Assembly: GCF_001194135.2 (NCBI RefSeq)
Contig: NC_068986.1
Span: 55,258,480 to 55,315,454 of the forward strand
Origin: Octopus bimaculoides
Taxonomy: Eukaryota
Direction of reading: 5' to 3'
Length of the DNA: 56,975 nucleotides
Below the pieces are notes generated by a model that was not told the origin of the DNA, did no database searches, and saw nothing but the letters and a program-made list of their open reading frames with translations. A program made the translations under genes and the position numbers. Shown in pieces: positions 37,629 to 50,214 of the stretch (positions are counted from its first letter, which is position 1; each line of letters starts with the position of its first letter).

Positions 37629-38599
37629 TTAAATATATTTGGAGGTGAAGAATAAAATACATGTCTAATTCTGGATAGGATACCAAAAGTACTGCAACTT
37701 CTGTCTTAAAGAAAACCTAGGCATCATTCATGGTTCATGTGATGTCAATGACCCATGACATTATAACATTAAAAATCTTCAAATGTAATCCATTATTCGT
37801 TTCAACTCACTGATAAGTAAAATCAGCCAAACAAGACTGCTAACACAAATAATTTATTCTTTTATTAGTTTCAGTCATGAAACTGTAGCCATGTGGGAAC
37901 TGTCACCTTCGAGGATTTTAGGCAATCATATTGACCTCAGTACGTATTTCTGTCTTGTGCTTATTTTATCTTCATGGATGTTTGGCTTGCTCAAAATAGG
38001 AGCTAAATCATACTTCCACCTTAAAGAATGGGCCAATCAAAATGGAATACTTTTGATCATAAATCTGCTCAGCCAGCAAAGATCTAAATATAAACAAAAC
38101 TAGTAACATTAGACCCTTACGCACTACTAAGATAAGGATATATTTAGCACTTAATTTTTTGTATCACACACACACACGCATGCACACATGCCTATAATTA
38201 CAATCCAAATGTTTTGTATATCTATATAGATGACTATGATTCCAGTACAGTGATTATTAGTTCTGTAGTATATTGATGATAACTAATAAGTTTAGAAGCT
38301 TTTACACATATGAGTAACAGAATGTCATCTACTTGGTTTGATTTACTTTGAATCTACAATAATGATGCCTCATAAGCATCTTGTAGGCTGGAAGAAGTAT
38401 CACCAAAGTAGACACCATCTGATCAACATTGGGTTGTTTTTTTCCAGCTGATGATATTTCTGTACAACACTACATAGTGCTAATTAACAATCAGTTACAA
38501 GGAACAAGTTATAGAAAACACTAAATAATGTGGCAACTAAATAGTATGGACCACCATAAACTAAAAGTAATTCATGAATAAAAGAAACAGCTGGTTTTT

Positions 38600-39050
38600 A
38601 AGAAAAAGTGAATGAAATAAATAGACATAATTACAAAGTAGCAAAAGTTCCCACAACTAGCCATAAGGTTAATTGATACACCATCAATGAAATGAATATG
38701 AAGTGTACAGTTTCAATAATTATGATAATGTACAGTGCAAGAAGGTTGACAGAAAAGACAAATATACAAGCAGATGAGTTTACTGAATATTTATTTTGCT
38801 GCTACTGTTTCATGAAGAGGCATGTGAGAAAAATGTTTTGCGTGAGATGAGTGGAATAAGTGGGTGACTGCTGAGAATTTAGTAACACCAGCAGGATTAC
38901 TTCAGTAATTTACTATCATCCAGTTGTCAGTAAGTGAAGTCATTGTGGGTAGCTGTCAGAGAAAAAGTAAAACAAGGTATCCAAAAATGTGGAATCAGTA
39001 ATACCATAGATAACACAAAAGATAACCTTCTCTATGAATATAGTGATGAC
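38600..39050 (+). mobile_element. pogo/Tigger transposase relic
   Basis: DEWNKWVTAENLVTPAG and IQKCGISNTIDNTKDNLLYEYSDD resemble the pogo DDE C-terminus. Confidence 0.55.
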
Positions 39051-39443
39051 CCAGAAATAAGTAGACAGCAATGATTATTATGTTGATAGATATTATATTT
39101 AGTAAACATTAAACCAACCATTTTCGTGCAGGTGACACGTAAAAGCACCCACTACACTCTCTGAGTGGTTGGCGTTAGGAAGGGCATCCAGCTGTAGAAA
39201 CTCTGCCAAATCAGACTGGAGCCTGGTGTTGCCATCCGGTTTCACCAGTCCTCAGTCAAATCGTCCAACCCATGCTAGCATGGAAAGCGGACGTTAAACG
39301 ATGATGATGATGATGATGAGAATCTTCAGCTAGTCATGATAGTCTTGAATAACATTTCATATTAAAGTAGAAATGTGAGGAAACTTTTTTAATGATTTTT
39401 TCTCTCTCTCATTTTTCCTCTGAATACAATAGGCTTGTAGGGT

Positions 39444-40270
39444 ATATGAGGTGGTATCGAAAAGTTCCCAGACTAGTTCTGCAGCATGCCAACTGATGGC
39501 AGCACACGGTTGTGTGCGCAGTGAGAGCTAGCAGTGACCTTTATGAAGGAGTGTGCTGAGTGACATCACTGTGATTACTTTGCAAGTTGTGAAATTTGTA
39601 TTTTTGTGATCTGTGTATGCTGTAGTTTGCAATTTTGTCGTAGTCAAGAAGCTGGAACAAAGAGCCAGTGTGAAATTTTGCTTTAAACTTGGGAAGTCTG
39701 CTACAGAGACATTGAGCATCCTTCGGTTATAAAGCAATGGGTCACACACAGTGTTTTGAGTGCCACAGGTGCTTTGAAAGCAGAAGAACATCCCTGGAAG
39801 ACCTGCCAAGAGTATCATCTCTGGAAATGTGGCATTGTGCATTGAGAATTCATCCCCCAGGGCCAGACCATCAATTGAGAGTTCTGTTGTAATGTTTTGA
39901 AACGTTTAAGGGAGAACATTTAGCGAAAGTGACCAGATATGTGGAACATAAAGAATTGGTTTCTTCATGACAACAATTGACACTATCACTGAGCTCTCCT
40001 CACTTGTAAGCTGCTTGCCAAAAACATGGCACCACTTCTGCATCCACCCTATTCACAAGATTTAGCACCTGCAAACTTCCATTTCTTCCCCAAGATGAAA
40101 ATGCAGCTCAAAGGTTGCTGTTTTAATGCCATTGTCGAGATCAAGATCCAATAGCAAAAGGTCTACAACTTGCTTACAGAAAATGACTTCCAGACTGGAT
40201 TCCAAAAGTGGCAGGAACACTGGGACTGGTGTATTGCTGCGTAAGGTGACCATTTCAAAGGAGATGATGT
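39444..40270 (+). mobile_element. Deleted mariner
   Basis: EQRASVKFCFKLGKSATET and HPPYSQDLAPANFHFFPKMK motifs. Confidence 0.85.
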
Positions 40271-42382
40271 TAAAACTGTTGTGATTTTAGTTTTGATCAC
40301 GTGATTTTGATTGTCTCAATTGCTGTTATTTGCCTGCAGTGCAGCTGTGCGAAGTTCTGTTCTGTTTGCAGCACATGTTCAGTGTTGGTTTTTAGTAAGT
40401 TGAAAATGTAGCAACTCGCTGCATAAAACTATTATTGCATTGAAGTTTGGTTTTGTTTACTCTTTGTATTGTAGATTGCTGTATTTTTAGCTGATTAAAA
40501 CCTTTTAAACTTAGATATTCCCGTTTGGGTTTATAACAAAAACTCAGGTAAATAAGTTATTTTTTTATTAAATATTATTAGTCCAGGAAATTTTTGATAC
40601 CTTTTTATACTTCTGGTCTTCACACTATGTAATGAAGAAGAGTGGTGTACACAGGTAGTTGGTGACTTAGCACTACCTCTGAAATACCTGCATGGGTAAT
40701 TAGAATGTAAAACAAACCTACACTAGTAGCCATGCTGTAAATGTTGTTACTGCACAACTAAATTATTCTAAATTAGATATTTAAAAAATATATATATCTT
40801 TGATAACATTAGTCAACAAAAAAATAAATAATAAATAGAAATGAAAGTTCTGGTGCCTTAAATATTAGACATCATTCATTCATACATCTTTGATAGTGTT
40901 ACTGCTTCTTACAAACATTACAGAAGAAGTCATATACATGGGACAGTAAAGACCCCCTTCAGTCATGACTGACCACGGGATTGCACCTAGAAAGTCCCTC
41001 TCCATGCCACTGATGTTATCCAAGGGAAAGGCAAAGGCTGATACAGCTCAGCACCAGTGGTGTAGGAACACATTTCTCCAGTTGAGTGAACTGGAGTAAC
41101 GTGAAACAAAGTGTCTTGCTCAAGAATTCAACATGCGACTCGTGTGTCTCCAGTGAAAGTTACATCATGCTACCCCACATCTTTGAACAGGGCCTTAGGT
41201 TTGATTCAGACGGCTATGTGAAGCCACCTGAATTGACATGGAATTAACCACAGTCTCTAGCAGCAATGTGAAGCCAATAGAACTGATACCAGACTGAGAA
41301 ACGAATACGTACTGGGGCAATTTGTTCGATGGAATCTCTCAAGGCGGTGCTTCACCATGACCGCATTCCAATGACTGAAACAAGTAAAATAACTGATGAC
41401 TTTTCAGGAATAGGGGGTTGGTTTATCTTTTTGGTAAACCTTTGATTAAAACTGGGATCCTTTCTGTTTGGTTTGTTACTATGGAAACAGGCATGAATGT
41501 GTCTCTGTGGCTTACGATTGGCTAGAATTATCCAAAATTTTCAAACTTGAATAGCTAATAACTCTATTTATTGATTTATGGCGAAAATGATTTTTAATGG
41601 CGTTGATTAGCCGATAAAAATATATCATTACACTGAATATGAATTCAATTTGAACAGAGATTGACCTTGGTAGCCCAAGAGAGAAGATCCTAAAACTGTT
41701 TACGACTCGTCCAATTTGTGAAATGAGCAGTAGGCGGACTAGGCTTTTCGAAGTTATTTTAAGAACTTTGTCATTAAAGGTAAAACGAAGGTGTTGCTAT
41801 TAAATCTAATAAACAGAAATAGAATGAAATACAGGTTATTAAACATTATCTTTTAACTGATCTTTGAGCATTAACATATTCGTTTCGCTTAGCTTCATTA
41901 CCATTCTCGCAGATATAGAAACTTTAAAGAAAGGTCCCCTTTTAATGAGAGAGGAAAACGTTATTTGAAAAATGTCGGTAGGAAGTGCACGGAAAGCTTA
42001 GACATAAGCTTCCAGTATAGTAAATTGTTGAGCTGGTTTCAATTAGCAGCTAAAACGAGTTCATTTTTAATTAATCGGTTAACATGCTCAAAGGTGAAAA
42101 CATTATACAATGACATTCCAACTTTTAGAAAAATTAAAAATCTTGCACAAAAGCAATACTCATTTATTTCCGTACAATTCATTAAAAAAAAAGACAAAAA
42201 AATATATTTGAAACATTAAACACGCGAGTATAATTTTATTCCAAACACATTGGTAATAATTTTATTATAATTATTATATTATAATTTTATTATTACCTAA
42301 TAAAATACTTAATTTTATTTAGTGATAATCAAGTCTCGTTTTAGCATTAACAGAGTCTCGTTTTACACGATATTTTCCACCC

Positions 42383-42458
42383 TATATATATTGAAAACTT
42401 CGTTGATTCCGCCTTTATTCTTCTGGGCTGACAGCAAGCGAATGTGTGGCAAGTAAGT
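42383..42458 (+). promoter_or_regulatory. Putative TATA + TOP start and exon 1 (about 42412-42452) of the snoRNA host gene
   Basis: TATATATA at 42383-90, cctttattcttc from 42412, caa|GTAAGT donor at 42453; YY1-like ATGGCGG near 42948. Confidence 0.6.
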
Positions 42459-43082
42459 TACTTATATTGAATTATTATCCGTTTGAAATTATACTGTTAC
42501 ATTTATTTATGTAGCAGAAATACCGCATTTATTGTATATGGTGGCACTGTCGTGATATAAAAAGGAAAAGCCAAAAAGACTAATTTGTCGTTTGACCATT
42601 TTTTTTTTAGTTTTTAATTGGTCGCATGTCTGTTGATAGATTTTAAAATAGTAAAAAGAATCTTAGGAAAACCTCAACGAATGTACCTTATCCTGTTATT
42701 TCATGACCTACATTTACGTAAATCTAGTGTTATAAATATCGTGTCGTGTTTGCAAAAGGAATATATATCGTTTATACTATTTAAATTTAGGACGGTAACT
42801 TTCAGAAAACACGTAAACCGTTGGAAGGAAGGATTGGTATAACTACCGTAAGGTTGTATCTATTTCTATGATTTTAAATAAAACTGATCTTCCATACATA
42901 GTAAAGGCAGGAAAAAAATTATTTTAAAAAACAGTAAGTGGCGCACATGGCGGAGACGTAATCCACCCGCTCACTTTTTTTTTCCCCCCCTAACAGAAAC
43001 CCACCTTTTCGGCTATGGAGATTCCGATTCTGAAAGAAAAAAAAAGAAGAAATTCGCGAAAATTGCAACTTCAAAATTTTCA

Positions 43083-44690
43083 GGTACTACTAAAGAGTGG
43101 TCCCCAACGTGCACCCGCGCTATAGCTAGTCGTGAGTAGTCGATCCCACAAGTGCGCGTGTTTCATTTCTAAAAATGAAAGTTCTGAATTGTGTTAAGTC
43201 CCCGATGTTCACATTGCCAGAAAGAGATGGCTTTGATAAAACATAAGTAAGGGAAGATATTTCGTTGCCCAACGCACAAAGCAGAAAAACAGTCGGTCCA
43301 GATGGACTATATGTAATCTGAACCTTCCCCCCCCTTTTTTACGGAATCCCACGTTTTTGGCTATGGAGATTCCGATTCTAAAAAAATTTTTTNNNNNNNN
43401 NNNNNNNNNNNNNNNNNNNNNNNNNNNNNNNNNNNNNNNNNNNNNNNNNNNNNNNNNNNNNNNNNNNNNNNNNNNNNNNNNNNNNNNNNNNNNNNNNNNN
43501 NNNNNNNNNNNNNNNNNNNNNNNNNNNNNNNNNNNNNNNNNNNNGGTTTTTATATAGATCCACAGGATAAACCTAAACCTAACCCTAGCACTAGTTTTGT
43601 GAGATTTGGCTGTTATTTCTAGCATGTAAATACCCTGCTTGGTGGGGAGGGGGGGAAATTGAAATTAAAAAAAAAATTTTTTTTCAGAATCGGAATCTCC
43701 ATAGCCTAAAACGTGGGATTCTGTAAAAAAAAAGGGGTGGGGGAAGGTTCAGATTACATATAGTCCGTCTCTACCAAAAAGTCTTCCTATCTGGAAAATT
43801 CCAAAATACGCCTGCAGGACTTTATTCTTGGTTGCATATTTATGGTCCCATAACACATTCGTATACACATCACCAAGTTGAAAATGTATGAAGTTAACAA
43901 AAACAGGTAGTGTCGATTTGTTTTTTTGGCACTATCATGCTATTAGCTGTCAGAAGTGAAAGTGCTCACTGCTAGTGAAGTATCTGTCTGCTTGCCTGTT
44001 GCTGGCCTGTCGATTCTTTGGCTACTGACAGCTAATACCATGACTGGCCGGAGCGAGCTATATGTCTGTCTGTCTCTCTATCTATCTATCTATTACTCGA
44101 AAGTTATTGGAACAAATTCGACACCTATATCCATGCGTTTGAAAACACAACACAGAGTATAAGGGTACTCGCGTCCGCGCTAGCTAGTCGTGAGTGGTCG
44201 ACCTATTATTTTTAAACTTAAAACTTCATTTGTTTTCTATTTTGATAAATTCTCTCTGTTGAAAATTATATTTTTATATTTTAAATAATTTGCAATTTCA
44301 GGAAATATGTTTTTATATTAAATTTGTGTTTTCTAATAAGGTGGACGAGTGATTGATAGATAGGTAGATAGTAGATAGATATCAGTAAGTAAGTAAGCCA
44401 ATAGCTCGCTCCGGCCAGTCATGGTATTAGCTGTCAGTAGCCAAAGAATCAACTCAAACCAGCAACAGGCAGGCAGACAGACAGACACTTCACTAGCAGT
44501 GAGCACTTTCACTTCTGACGGCTAATAGCATGATAGTGCCGTTTTTTTTTTTATTTACGTTGTTCAGAAAAAAAATTTAATTTAAAAAAGTTATTTACTT
44601 TGTTTTGATATATATTCAGCCGTAAAAGAGAGCACAGGTATTCATTTGCATACGCGTGCGCATTGGGGACCACTCTTCTTTAGTAGTACC
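43083..44690. mobile_element. 1.6-kb foldback non-autonomous element with nested inverted repeats
   Basis: TIR ggtactactaaaga..gtggtccccaa / ttggggaccac..tttagtagtacc; internal inverted pairs at about 43300-43392 / 43670-43770 and 43928-44060 / 44400-44540. Confidence 0.8.
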
Positions 44691-46617
44691 CGTGTTAACT
44701 ATCCATTCTAATTGTTGGAGCGGATACAATGGAATAACTGACATTGATGTTGAACCACGGTATTGCCATTTCAAAGTCAATCATTATGAAAGCTTAGTGG
44801 CTCCATTAACTGCACTTAGTTGAATGTTACTGGGAAAATGCAACACGCAGATTCAAGAGTATGATGAGAGTACGCAAATTTCTTCTTAGTACTTATTCTA
44901 TTGTCTTTTGCCGAACCGCTACTTTTCGGGGACATAAACACCAACATCGGTTGTCAAGCTGTGGTGGGGAGACAATATACGACTGGCTTTTTTAAGTTTC
45001 CATCGGTACTACTTAAGAAGAGTCGGGTCCACTCTTAAGTAATACCAATTTTTGTTTGCATATCCGTTTTCTCCACATTCCTTTACATTTAGTAGGCTTT
45101 TTTTTTTTTCGTGACCAGATCTTAAACTATATTGACTGGATACAAAGTGCAAGGGCAATAATCAGTGTATCTTCGGACAACTTAAAAGGTTTTTAATTCC
45201 AGATTTCTACCTGGAAGAGAAAATTACGACCTGCGGTCATTGCTGCCATGCCGGAGTCAGCGATTTAGAAATCACCAACTTTATAAATTTTCTAAGCTCT
45301 TGTACACAAAGTTCAGATGGAATTAAAAGCCTCTATCGGGAATGTTTGAACTGTACAAGGAGAAAAATCATTCAAACATGAGCCATCAAAAGGGAAACCT
45401 GAAGCGGTGTTGACTGATTTGTATTCTAGCAGTTTATTGGAACATTCAATAAAAAAAATTTGTAGTACTTTGTTGGTTATGGGAGACTGGGAAAATGACA
45501 CATGCAACATTGGCTATTTTAGTTAAAAGAATGTTTTATTTCTAAGTCAACAAATGCACACTTTAAGAGCCTTTTCTCAATCAATTTGGGTTTATGGTGT
45601 CTAACTGTGCTATACAAAATCTTTAGGAGCTTTCAAAGTTGTTGAGGACCGAGTCTGTCTCGATTCTTAGATTTTTGATAAACTCCAACATGTGGACTTT
45701 AATTGAATTATTCAGTATTCTGTTATTGCTGCTATATATTAGCAATAAAAGATAGGCGGTTTCAGATACATTAATGGTATCCTATCGGTTTCTAATCCAC
45801 TCTGCTGGTGGGTGCAATTGCCAGTGTCTTGAAGGTTACCAGGTTTTTGGAAGTGGCCAATTTCTTTGTGTCCAAGATTAGAGCAGTTGGTGACCTGTGC
45901 TGGAAATGTATTGATGAGAACTATGGCTGAGCAGTGGCTCTGAATTTTCATAACCATGATTGCCAATGTGTGTTTCCTATATCTCTTGGATTGAACCCAC
46001 TTGTCTGCTACATCTAGGATATTGTGAAGAGTTAAATGAACAGACTGACTCAAAATGCCAAGAACTTGAAAGCTGCCATTGTTGGTTTGGTTGGGAAGTT
46101 CGCTTCAGAACTGTGTTAAGGATTTAGTCCCTCTGAGTGGATGTTGTTGGCTGAAGTCCTGTACTGTAGCTGCAGGTTAATACCTTAAGAGTAAAATAGG
46201 TAGACATAGCACATTGTACCATCATTTTAACGTCCTTCCATGCTGGTATAGGTTGGACAGGAGCTGGCAAGTCAGAAGATTGTTGAGTTAATATTTCCTC
46301 TTGCTTTCATGTGCATTGGCTAATTGTAAACAAATGCATCTCTTTTCATGCAGACAGTATTGCTTGTTTGTAGTCAACTACAAAAGTATGTCTGACCCTA
46401 GATTCATTTGTGTATAGTTTTCTGTGTAACCATGTCCAATACCTTAGCTCAATACAAAGAGACCTACCATGTCAAAGGTCAACTTTCTTATTGTAAGTTA
46501 AATGGAAACAAAAAATTCAGCTTTCTAGCTCAATTAATAGCTAAGATATAACTTAGTTGTTGACTAATTAAAAAATGACACTTTTTTGAAATTTCAAAAG
46601 GTCATTACTCAGCAAAT

Positions 46618-47430
46618 ACAAGATGTCCCAAAAGTCACTGATGGGTTTCAATTTTTAATAACTTCCTTAATTTTACAAATGAAAGCATGAAATTTTGATA
46701 CAATATAAAGGACAGTATGGAAATGAATTAACCTTTTCCCTCTTTTTTCAGATTTTATGTGCTCACGGATCTGAGAAATTCATTATGGAAAAATACAGCA
46801 TTCAGCAATGCATCCAGGTGGTAAAATTCTTCTACCAAAATCAGGGGTCGATAATTCAGACCCAGGGAACATACTATCGACACAAATGAGAGATGCACCA
46901 AGTGAGAAAGTGATTAAAAATTTGATTCGTTTGAACAGTAGTAGCTGATCTTCCATGATCTGGGAATCCTTGCAATGTCAAGTGATGAGACAAGCAAGCA
47001 ATCCCATGACTAGCTCGGATTTTTTCTGGTGGGGATACCTGAAAGAGAGGGTTTATATCAAGGAACAGTAGCTGATCTGGGAGGCCTCGCAATGTCACGT
47101 GATGAGACATGCGAACAAGCCCGGATGTTTTCTTGTGGCGATACCTGAATGAGAGCATTTATGTCAACAAACCGGAGACCCTGGTGCAAATGAAGATCAG
47201 AGAAATTAGAAGTGGGGTCTGAAACTCTTGAGGATGTTATAGTGCAAGTTTTGGAAAGAGCACAGGCATGCCAAACCAAAAATGGCTGCCATTTAAAGTG
47301 GTCATTTCTCATGTGATGTAGTGGTATTGCAAAATTTGACTTGTGCATATTAATTGTCATTGTCCTTTGTTTGTAAAGATAAGGAAGTTATTAAAGATTG
47401 AAACCCATCAGTGACTTTTGGGACAATGTA
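46618..47430 (+). mobile_element. Deleted DD41D-family element
   Basis: TIR tgtcccaaaagtcactgatgggtttcaat at both ends; MEKYSIQQCIQVVKFFYQNQ fused to DFFWWGYLKERVY; deletion junction tandemly duplicated. Confidence 0.8.
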
Positions 47431-47631
47431 TTAGTCAGGTAAAAAAAATATTTCGTATTTAAAGGCTTATGAAGGCCATTAAAGCATGTAAAGTTTGAAT
47501 GAAATTGGTTTTGGTCACTTTTTTTTTTTTTTTTAATTTTTTTTTTTTTGCATCAATTTCGTACCCTGTAGTGAAGATAAACATTTCAAAATATTCTTAT
47601 TTGGTTTCAGTCAGTGTGGCATCCTGCTATT

Positions 47632-47703
47632 GTACTAATTGTGATGATTAGATATCGCCCCAGTCTGAATTGTGTGACTGAATCGATATAACTGATTTAG
47701 TAC
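47632..47703 (+). ncRNA. SNORD31: C/D snoRNA, SNORD31/snR67-like, copy 1
   Basis: Stem gtactaa/ttagtac; C 47641-7; guide tatcgccccagt; D' 47665-8; D 47692-5. Confidence 0.9.
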
Positions 47704-48586
47704 TTGACTTTATAAGGAATATATGGTAGTAGAAAATGGGATGCTCTTCCTATTCAGTAAAACATTTGGTAGTTAAAGCTACTGTGGACGTTTGCATTAT
47801 GGTCCATAGAATAAAGGTGTTAGTATTGCAAATTCATCTTGAAGGTTTCTTAATATTCCTATTATCAACACATGGAAATTGTAATTGCCATTATAAGTCA
47901 GCAATTGAGGTTTTTGCTTCACTAAAATTTAAAATTTTAAAGGCTTGTAACTTTTTCATTATTTTTTCTGTAAAAAGAATTTTAATATATATATATGCAC
48001 CAGCATGACCGCAGCCACTTGGCTGAAACCCATAAATAAAAAAATATATATATACACCAATCACCTGTGTATATCACATGTTTTAATGTCCACTTTTCCA
48101 TATTTGCATGGAGAGCTAGAATTCTTTGAGGCAAATCTCCTATGACTGGATGCCTTTTATGTCATCAGCTGTCACCTGTTTCTAAGCAAGGTAATATTTT
48201 TTCCCTATGGCAAGCTTGGAGATAAACATTTTGTATAATGACATTTGTATACAACTATTATGTAATGTGAAGATAAGTGCATATATATATACATGACTTG
48301 CATCTTTCGGTTTCCATCTGTCACATTCCCTCATGGCTTTCATTGGCCTAGGATGCCTGTGTTAAATATTCCAGTTAAACATTTAAAGTATTAAGTAGTT
48401 AAATGACTTTTGTCAAAAACTCATTGCTGTGGCCTGTGGCCCCTTTTATGTACCAAAGGAATCCATTACTCATTGTTTCAGGTTATACTCTCTCTTTTAT
48501 ATAAGGTGGCATCAAAGATGCTATTAGTTAAATCAAAATATTCCCGTAAAAACTAGATGTTTTCAAAGCAGTGTAAGATCTTGTAA

Positions 48587-48664
48587 GTGTACTTATTGTG
48601 ATGGATAAGATATCGCCCCAGTCTGAATTATCTGACTGAATCGATATCACTGATTATAGTACAC
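48587..48664 (+). ncRNA. SNORD31: SNORD31-like copy 2
   Basis: C GTGATGG; guide intact; D' 48623-6; D 48650-3; stem gtgtact/agtacac. Confidence 0.85.
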
Positions 48665-49464
48665 ATTACAGGAAGTATTACACTGGACAACAATTTGTTT
48701 TTTTAATTTTCTGTAGTGTGAGGGTTTTTTTTTTACTGATTCTGTCTTTGTGCTATTTCAAATCTGTAATTTGTTTTGCTTTCCATGCTCTAGTTTTCTT
48801 GCAATTTGAAGATTAACTTTTTATACGTTTATTGTTAAATTTGACATTGAGATACATATATCCTATTTAAAAAGAATTGCCAATTATTTTTACAGATCTG
48901 ATCAGGTCTTCAGGTAGATATAGATGTGTGAATAATCCTGATGGCTTTTACATACACACATGAAGCAGGTAAGAACAAATATGCAAGGCTTTTTTTCTTC
49001 AAGTTTAAAATAGGACATTGCTAGCATAATTTCGTTATATCTATATTCCACAACACATAAATACATAAAATCGGAACAGGCACAGACAAGAACAAGCACA
49101 CACACACAACCCATTAGTTTTCTTCTCATCCCATTTCAGCAGCTGTCATGGAGATATCCGAAGTGAACTGTCGAGTTATATCGAGGAATGCCACTATGTC
49201 TGGTTACTTTGCTTTTATTTGTCAAAAGCATGGTTTTGATAATTGAATGTTTGAGAAGGTGCTTGCTGCATACATTTAGTGCAACAGCAGTTTACTGATA
49301 AATTTCTTCGTAACACTTGTCTACATAGCAATACCATTTGTAACTTTGTTGAAGAAAGTGAAGAACTGGTAGTTGTAGTCCAAGCTTGTATTGTTGCAAA
49401 GGACATCTGTCATAGATTTCATCCATAATCTCTGCATTCCATATTGTGACTAGCATGCTATGAT

Positions 49465-49528
49465 TGTACTTAATGTGGTGAGTTAGATATTACCCTCAGT
49501 CTGAATTGCTGTAGCTGTTTATAGTACA
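49465..49528 (+). pseudogene. SNORD31-like copy 3, degenerate
   Basis: C GTGGTGA, mutated guide attaccctcagt, D box lost. Confidence 0.75.
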
Positions 49529-49982
49529 TGTTACAGGAAATATCAGCTCACATAGCATAGTCATGAAGTGTTTATAGTTTTCAATTAGACATTCAACCTG
49601 TTTGTAACTGCAGAAGTGTCTTGAAATATCTTGTGTGGGTAGGGTGCTGTTTTTGAGAATCGTTAACTTCGTGATTTCTAAAAGATTTGAAACTGGTGCT
49701 AATGTTTTAGTATTTAGGTTTCTGGGCACTACTTTAAATGCAGAGGTCTCAATACATCATTGTAAAGATATGAAGAGGAGGGTTAGTTTTTAGGGTGTCA
49801 TTACACATCCACACAGCATACATTTAAAATGTTCTGTATGTAATACCTGTATTTAAGTAGTACCAGTTTCTGTTTGTATTTTATTCCTTGACTGTGCTTT
49901 GGACATATTGAGAAAGATCACTGAAGTTGGTTTTCGATATTAGATTAATGACAAACTTTAAACTCTGGATGTTTTGAGGTTA

Positions 49983-50057
49983 GTATAGCTTTGTGATGAA
50001 CAAGATATCGCCCCAGTCTGAATTGTGTGACTGAGTTGATATAACTACATTTAGTAC
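49983..50057 (+). pseudogene. SNORD31-like copy 4, D box mutated
   Basis: C 49993-9 and guide intact; D box reads CTAC. Confidence 0.7.
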
Positions 50058-50214
50058 AAAGTTTAATGCTTTGAAATCTTGTACAGGAATGAGTCAGAAA
50101 GTTGTACAATTTTTTGTAAGAGACGCATTTTCCTAGGAAATTATTTGATATTTGGTACAGATATAAATGGCACATATGCTTTTGATCTTTAATTATTGAA
50201 TTTTTTTTTTTTTT

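Noticed and set aside
35771-37840. Minus-strand mini-exons (e.g. 35771-35817)
   Set aside because: All frames closed and no associated snoRNA found; such signals arise by chance.
45119-46060. Cys-rich short ORF and a possible Penelope GIY-YIG relic
   Set aside because: No consistent splice phase or diagnostic motif.
47670-47691. D-side guide of the SNORD31-like copies resembling the second snR67 target
   Set aside because: Requires a gap and varies among copies.
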